Assembly: GCF_913776045.1 (NCBI RefSeq)
Contig: NZ_CAJYOI010000006.1
DNA: 64,000 bases
From: an uncultured Sphingomonas sp.
GTDB lineage: Bacteria > Pseudomonadota > Alphaproteobacteria > Sphingomonadales > Sphingomonadaceae
Strand: one strand, 5' to 3'
Positions 59,457 through 64,000 of the stretch are shown here, piece after piece (within the stretch, counting starts at the first letter, position 1; the number at the start of each line of letters is the position of its first letter). Below the pieces are notes generated by a model. The model ran no database searches. It was given only the letters and a program-made list of their open reading frames with translations, and had not been told where the DNA came from. The translations under genes were made by a program, and so were the position numbers.

Positions 59457-60116
59457 TCACACCGCCGGGTAACGCAGCCGACCGATGAACCGGCTGAGGC
59501 TAGGCACGCGGTCGCGATTGCCCAGCATTCCGGCCTTCACCTTCTCGACCTGCATGATGTTCTCGATCCGCCGGGCCAGGAACGCGCGGGTATCGGCGAA
59601 CTCCTCGCTCTCGTCGTCCAGGAACACCGCGATCGTCGCGGCATAGACCGCGCCGAGCATAGCGCGCTTGGTGTAGTGGTTGTAATCGGTCGCGGTATCG
59701 CCCGCCGCGCGCCACATGACGTCGGCCGATCGCCAGCCGAGCTTGGCCGCGCGCAAGGCATTTTGCGGCAGGGCCAGGATCGCGAGCGCGCGGCGCAGCG
59801 CTTCGCGGTTCGGGGCGGCGATCTCAAGCCGGGTTTCGACGAGTGTGGTGATGCGCTGGCGGATCTTCATCGCCGCCAGCGTGGCCGCCGGCAGGCGCGC
59901 GTGCATCTCGGCATCGATGTGCGCGAACCACGCGTCGATCATGTCGACCGGCCCGCCGGGAAAGGCGAGGCGGGCGACATCGGCGTCGATCCCCAGCGCC
60001 ACGGCCGCCGCATCGACCGCGCGGGTGTTCCAGCCGTCGAACGCGGCATTGGCCGCCACTTCGGGCGCCAGGGCGGAGCGGATTTCGTCGAGCGTCGCGT
60101 CTTCGTAAGCCATCAC
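59457..60116 (-). CDS. COQ9 family ubiquinone biosynthesis protein
   Basis: AFDGWN, MKIRQRI, DVMWRAAGDTATDYNHYTKRAML. Confidence 0.9.
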   Translation of the reverse strand: MMAYEDATLDEIRSALAPEVAANAAFDGWNTRAVDAAAVALGIDADVARLAFPGGPVDMIDAWFAHIDAEMHARLPAATLAAMKIRQRITTLVETRLEIAAPNREALRRALAILALPQNALRAAKLGWRSADVMWRAAGDTATDYNHYTKRAMLGAVYAATIAVFLDDESEEFADTRAFLARRIENIMQVEKVKAGMLGNRDRVPSLSRFIGRLRYPAV

Positions 60117-61054
60117 GCGCCTTTGTGGGCTTCCGCGGGCGCGGGTTCAAGCGTCGAGGGTGCGGTAGGGCCGCCTTTGCGCACCAGCACGAGCGCCAGT
60201 CCGACCAGCAGCGCCCCGGCAACGTCGGGCAGACCCAGCCGCTCGTCATAAGCGATCCAGCCGATCGCGCCGGCGACGACGGGTTGGGTGAGCAGCGCGA
60301 CGCCGACGACCAGCGGGCTGAGATGCCCCAGCGCATAGATCATCAACCCCTGACCGATCAGCTGGCTGACGATCGCGATCGCCAGGATCGGACCCCAATT
60401 GCCCGGCCACACCTGTTCGCCGAGCAGCAGCGCCGCGCCCAGCAGCGGCAGCGTCCCGAACAGCGACGCGAAGGCGAGCGCAGGGACCGGGTGCATCGTT
60501 TCACGCACGCGGGCCATGATGATGAAATACACGGCATAAAGCACGCCCGCGGTCAGGCAGAGCAGGTCGCCGATCAGGTTCTGGGGGCTGAGTTGCGCCG
60601 ACCGCCCCATCAGCAGCGCCCCCCCGATCGCCGCCATCGCGAGAGCGATCCCCTGCGTCCGGCTCGGCCAGCTTTTCGCGACGATGAAGCCGTAGATGGG
60701 GAAGATCAGCGTCGCGACATTGCCGAACAGCGTCGAATTGGCGAGCTGGGTATGGTGGATGCCGGCATGCCACGTCGCGAGGTCGCCGGCGAAGGCGAGG
60801 CCACCGATCGCGAGCACGGTCCATAACCCTCGCGCCTGCGCGACCGGCCGTTGCCCGGCAAACGCTGCGACAACCAGCAGAACCGGCGACGCGAGTCCCA
60901 CGCGCCAGAATCCGGCGGCGACCGGGCCGACGTCGGTCAGCCGCACGAACCACGGGCCAAAGGCCAGCGCGACGTTCGCCACGATCAGCGCGGCCAGCGG
61001 CAACGCTTTGCTTGTGTGCGGTGTAGCGATTGTTTCTTCGGGCACGCGATGCAT
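60113..61054 (-). CDS. DMT/EamA family transporter
   Basis: Ten TM pattern, two EamA repeats. Confidence 0.88.
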   Translation of the reverse strand: MHRVPEETIATPHTSKALPLAALIVANVALAFGPWFVRLTDVGPVAAGFWRVGLASPVLLVVAAFAGQRPVAQARGLWTVLAIGGLAFAGDLATWHAGIHHTQLANSTLFGNVATLIFPIYGFIVAKSWPSRTQGIALAMAAIGGALLMGRSAQLSPQNLIGDLLCLTAGVLYAVYFIIMARVRETMHPVPALAFASLFGTLPLLGAALLLGEQVWPGNWGPILAIAIVSQLIGQGLMIYALGHLSPLVVGVALLTQPVVAGAIGWIAYDERLGLPDVAGALLVGLALVLVRKGGPTAPSTLEPAPAEAHKGA

Positions 61055-61112
61055 GCGGCCCCCTAACGCCCTATCTTCCGCCCGTCGCCACCATTGGACA
61101 CGAGAACTCTAT

Positions 61113-62183
61113 ATGCCGACCCTGTTCGACCCCATTGATTACGGCGCGATCGCTGCGCCCAACCGCACCGTCATGGCGCCGCTGACCCGCGGCCGCGCGA
61201 CCGCGGAGCATGTGCCGACGTCGCTGATGATCGACTATTACCGCCAGCGCGCGACGGCCGGACTGATCGTCACCGAAGGCACCGGCATCAGTCGCGAGGG
61301 GCTTGGCTGGCCGAACGCGCCGGGGCTGTGGTCGGACGAACAGGTGGAGGCTTGGAAGCCGGTCGTCGCCGCGGTGCATGAGGCCGGCGGACGGATCGTG
61401 CCGCAGCTCTGGCACCTGGGCCGCCTGGCACGCAAGGACGTGACGGGCGACGCGCCCTTCTCCTCCTCCGCGACGACCGCCCCGGCGCGGCCGGGCGCGA
61501 GCGAGAACGTCAACGTCGAAGCCCGCGCGATGACGAAGGACGACATCGCCCGCACGCTCGACGATTATTCGCGCGCCGCCCGCAACGCGATCCGCGCGGG
61601 CTTCGACGGCGTCGCGCTGCACGCCGCCAACGGGTATCTGATCGACCAGTTCATGCGCGACGGCACCAATTTCCGCGACGACGACTATGGCGGTTCGGTC
61701 GACAACCGCCTGCGGCTGCTGCGCGAGGTGATGGAGCGGTTGGTCGCCGAAGCCGGCGCAAACCGCACCGGCGTGCGCCTGTCGCCCAACGGCGAAGTCC
61801 AGGGCTGCGACGATTCGAACCCGGAGGCGGTGTTCGTGCCCGCCGCCGCGCACCTCCAGTCGCTCGGCATCGCCTTCCTCGAACTGCGCGAATCGAGCCC
61901 GACCGACACCTTCGCGCAGACCGACGTGCCCAAGCTCAGCCCGAAGATTCGCCAGGTCTTCACCAACCCGCTGATCCTGAACCAGGATTACGATGCGGCG
62001 AAGGCGCAGGCCGATCTCGACAGCGGGGTTGCGGATGCGATCAGCTTCGGCCGGCCGTTCCTGGCGAACCCCGACCTGGTCGAGCGGCTGCGGATAGGCG
62101 CGCCGCTCAACACCCCCGACAAGCGGACCTTCTACACGACGGGGCTGGAGGGCTACACGGATTACCCGACGCTGGCGGGGTGA
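61113..62183 (+). CDS. Old yellow enzyme family alkene reductase
   Basis: MAPLTRGRA, QLWHLGR, LHAANGYLIDQF, FGRPFLANPDL, GYTDYP. Confidence 0.93.
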   Translation: MPTLFDPIDYGAIAAPNRTVMAPLTRGRATAEHVPTSLMIDYYRQRATAGLIVTEGTGISREGLGWPNAPGLWSDEQVEAWKPVVAAVHEAGGRIVPQLWHLGRLARKDVTGDAPFSSSATTAPARPGASENVNVEARAMTKDDIARTLDDYSRAARNAIRAGFDGVALHAANGYLIDQFMRDGTNFRDDDYGGSVDNRLRLLREVMERLVAEAGANRTGVRLSPNGEVQGCDDSNPEAVFVPAAAHLQSLGIAFLELRESSPTDTFAQTDVPKLSPKIRQVFTNPLILNQDYDAAKAQADLDSGVADAISFGRPFLANPDLVERLRIGAPLNTPDKRTFYTTGLEGYTDYPTLAG

Positions 62184-62191
62184 GGTGAAAA

Positions 62192-62309
62192 ATCCTCCTC
62201 TGGAAGGGAAGGTGGCCAGCGTAGCTGGTCGGAGGGGTGTACCGCTATCGAGAGGCTGACACCCCTCCGTCAGGCCTTCGGCCTGCCACCTCCCCTTGCA
62301 GGGGAGGAT
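62192..62309. repeat. REP-like inverted repeat element (family C)
   Basis: ATCCTCCTCTGGAAGGGAAGGTGG...GGAGGGGTGT / ACACCCCTCCGTCAGGCCTTCGGCCTGCCACCTCCCCTTGCAGGGGAGGAT, between convergent genes. Confidence 0.8.
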
Positions 62310-62311
62310 CG

Positions 62312-62734
62312 TTATCGCTCCCTATCGTATCGATCGAGCCAGGCCGTGATCGGCTTCCGAAGCCCGGCGCGAGTCTTCGGATTCGCCAGCGCGACGGCGC
62401 CGATCACCGCGACCGCTATGATCGACGGCGCGAAGATCGCCGCCACGACCGTCAGGACCGCAGTCCCGATTCCCAGGCTCCGCGCATTCTCCAGCCATCG
62501 CGCGGCGCCTTCGTCCAGCACCAGCCGCCGCGGCGCCTTGTCGTCGTAGAAGGGGCGGGTCACGAGCACCGCGCGCCCGTCGAACGCGATACGCTCGGGG
62601 CCGAGCGGCGCGGTGTCCGGTGTCGCCGGCGCACGGTCGCGCGCGGCCGGCGCGCCCGTCCGCGTATCGATCACCACGAGCCGCCGGCCCTGCTCAACCA
62701 CGCGGTAGCGGGACGGGGGCGGCTGGCTGGTCAT
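62312..62734 (-). CDS. Hypothetical membrane protein
   Basis: SRYRVVEQGRRLVVIDT N-terminus, C-terminal hydrophobic hairpin; ATGA-coupled. Confidence 0.6.
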   Translation of the reverse strand: MTSQPPPSRYRVVEQGRRLVVIDTRTGAPAARDRAPATPDTAPLGPERIAFDGRAVLVTRPFYDDKAPRRLVLDEGAARWLENARSLGIGTAVLTVVAAIFAPSIIAVAVIGAVALANPKTRAGLRKPITAWLDRYDRER

Positions 62735-63273
62735 TCGGCGGCCCGGCGTGTGCGCCACTGGTCGGCGCTCTGGCCCCAGGCATCGACGCGGAAATGGGCG
62801 AGCGGGGCGGGCAGGGTGACCGGCCCGCCGTTGGTCGATCCCAGCCGCTCGGCGAGCCGGATCGACGCGGCATTGTCCGGATCGATCGTGTGGATCACAT
62901 GGCTCCAGCTGAGCACGTCGACCGCATAGTCCATCGCCGCCGCGGCTGCCTCATAGGCATAGCCGCGCCCGGCAAATTCGCGAGCGACGCCCCAGCCGAC
63001 TTCGGTGCCCGGCCAGCCATCGGGTTGCCACGGCCCGATCCGCCCGACCCACGCGCCCGTCGCGCGTTCGATGACCGAGAACATCGAAAAACCATGGGTC
63101 AACCAGGCGCCCGCGCGCATCGCCATATCGCGCCAAGCAACTGCGCGCGTCATCGCGCCGCCCAGGAATCGCATCTGTTCTGCGTCCGCGCAGAAACCCG
63201 CCCAGGCGTCGAAATCCTGACGCTCGGGCAACCGCAGCATCAGCCGCTGGGTGAAGAGGATCGGCCCGGTCAG
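62731..63273 (-). CDS. GNAT acetyltransferase, RimJ/RimL-like
   Basis: [40 protein letters not shown]; start either CTG 63273 or ATG 63240. Confidence 0.88.
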   Translation of the reverse strand: MTGPILFTQRLMLRLPERQDFDAWAGFCADAEQMRFLGGAMTRAVAWRDMAMRAGAWLTHGFSMFSVIERATGAWVGRIGPWQPDGWPGTEVGWGVAREFAGRGYAYEAAAAAMDYAVDVLSWSHVIHTIDPDNAASIRLAERLGSTNGGPVTLPAPLAHFRVDAWGQSADQWRTRRAAE

Positions 63274-63692
63274 CCGAACCGTCCGCGCAGGTTCAACATT
63301 GCGATCGCCGCCTTGGCCGCTTCGCCGCCCTTGTCCTTCTCGTCCCGCTTCGCCCGCGTCAGCGCCTGCGCCTCGTTCTCGGTCGTCAGGATGCCGTTGC
63401 CGATGGCAAGGCCATCCATGCTGAGCGCCATCAGCCCGCGCGCGCTTTCGCCCGCAACGATCTCGAAATGATAGGTCTCGCCGCGGATGACGACGCCCAG
63501 CGCGACATAGGCGTCGTAGCGCCCGCTCTCGCTCGCCAGCGCGATCGCGCCGGGGACCTCGAGCGCGCCCGGTACCGTCACCGTCTCATGGGTGTGCCCT
63601 GCATCCTCGATGGCGGCACGCGCGCCGTCGAGCAACAGGTCGTTGAGGTGGTCGTAGAAGCGCGCCTCGACGATCAGAAACTTGGCCATCAA
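63270..63692 (-). CDS. ribH: 6,7-dimethyl-8-ribityllumazine synthase
   Basis: [29 protein letters not shown]. Confidence 0.96.
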   Translation of the reverse strand: MMAKFLIVEARFYDHLNDLLLDGARAAIEDAGHTHETVTVPGALEVPGAIALASESGRYDAYVALGVVIRGETYHFEIVAGESARGLMALSMDGLAIGNGILTTENEAQALTRAKRDEKDKGGEAAKAAIAMLNLRGRFG

Positions 63693-64000
63693 TGGTCCTC
63701 GGGGATCGGTCGCTCGCCGACGATGCTGAGGCCATAGCCCTCCAGCCCGACGAGCGTGTGGTGGGTGTTGGTCAGCAGCACCATGTCGTGCACGCCGAGT
63801 TCGGTCAGGATGGTCGCGCCGACGCCGTAGTCGCGCAATTCCTCCATGTCGGCGGCATTCGCCTCGCCCGACTTTACGCGCAGCGCCGCGGTGAAGGCGT
63901 CGGCGCGCGGGCTGGACAGCACGACGATGACGCCGGCGCCTTCCTGGCCGATGATTTCCATCGATCGCTGCAACAGCCCCGACCGCTTCGTCGTCTCGCC
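63689..64000 (-). CDS. C-terminus of RibB/RibA-type fusion (partial, runs off window)
   Basis: [25 protein letters not shown]; coupled to ribH. Confidence 0.8.
   Translation of the reverse strand, partial: GETTKRSGLLQRSMEIIGQEGAGVIVVLSSPRADAFTAALRVKSGEANAADMEELRDYGVGATILTELGVHDMVLLTNTHHTLVGLEGYGLSIVGERPIPEDH

Overview
High-GC chromosomal window from an alphaproteobacterium. Gene content and protein style point to Sphingomonas/Sphingomonadaceae (inference). It is mostly core genome: dsbB-ctpA-envC, a proA-nadD-rsfS-rlmH operon interrupted by a RelE/ParE-type TA pair and a Sel1-like gene, ccmAB, and an acyl-CoA enzyme cluster. A 17.4 kb flagellar cluster (motAB, flgB-L, flgAMN, a lytic transglycosylase, flhA, fliA) has clear sigma54 and sigma28 promoters and a second, reduced stator-like pair. 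The rest includes gltD-DUF2059-gltB, uppP, three tRNAs with a tyrosine-integrase relic, the bkd operon, feoAB, ssb, metXW, hisC-tyrA, ftsEX/zitP and ribH. Most notable signals: (1) a three-copy 87-nt three-hairpin element between ssb and metW, where all stem differences between the two tandem copies are compensatory; (2) an atypical mini-stator operon; (3) a REP-like palindrome translated in frame inside the BCKDH E2 linker, one of several palindromic repeat families here; (4) a cysteine-free FlgH; (5) a Gly>Arg change in an otherwise invariant GltB motif. No CRISPR, rRNA or intact mobile element was seen. All calls come from reading the sequence only; no database search was run.
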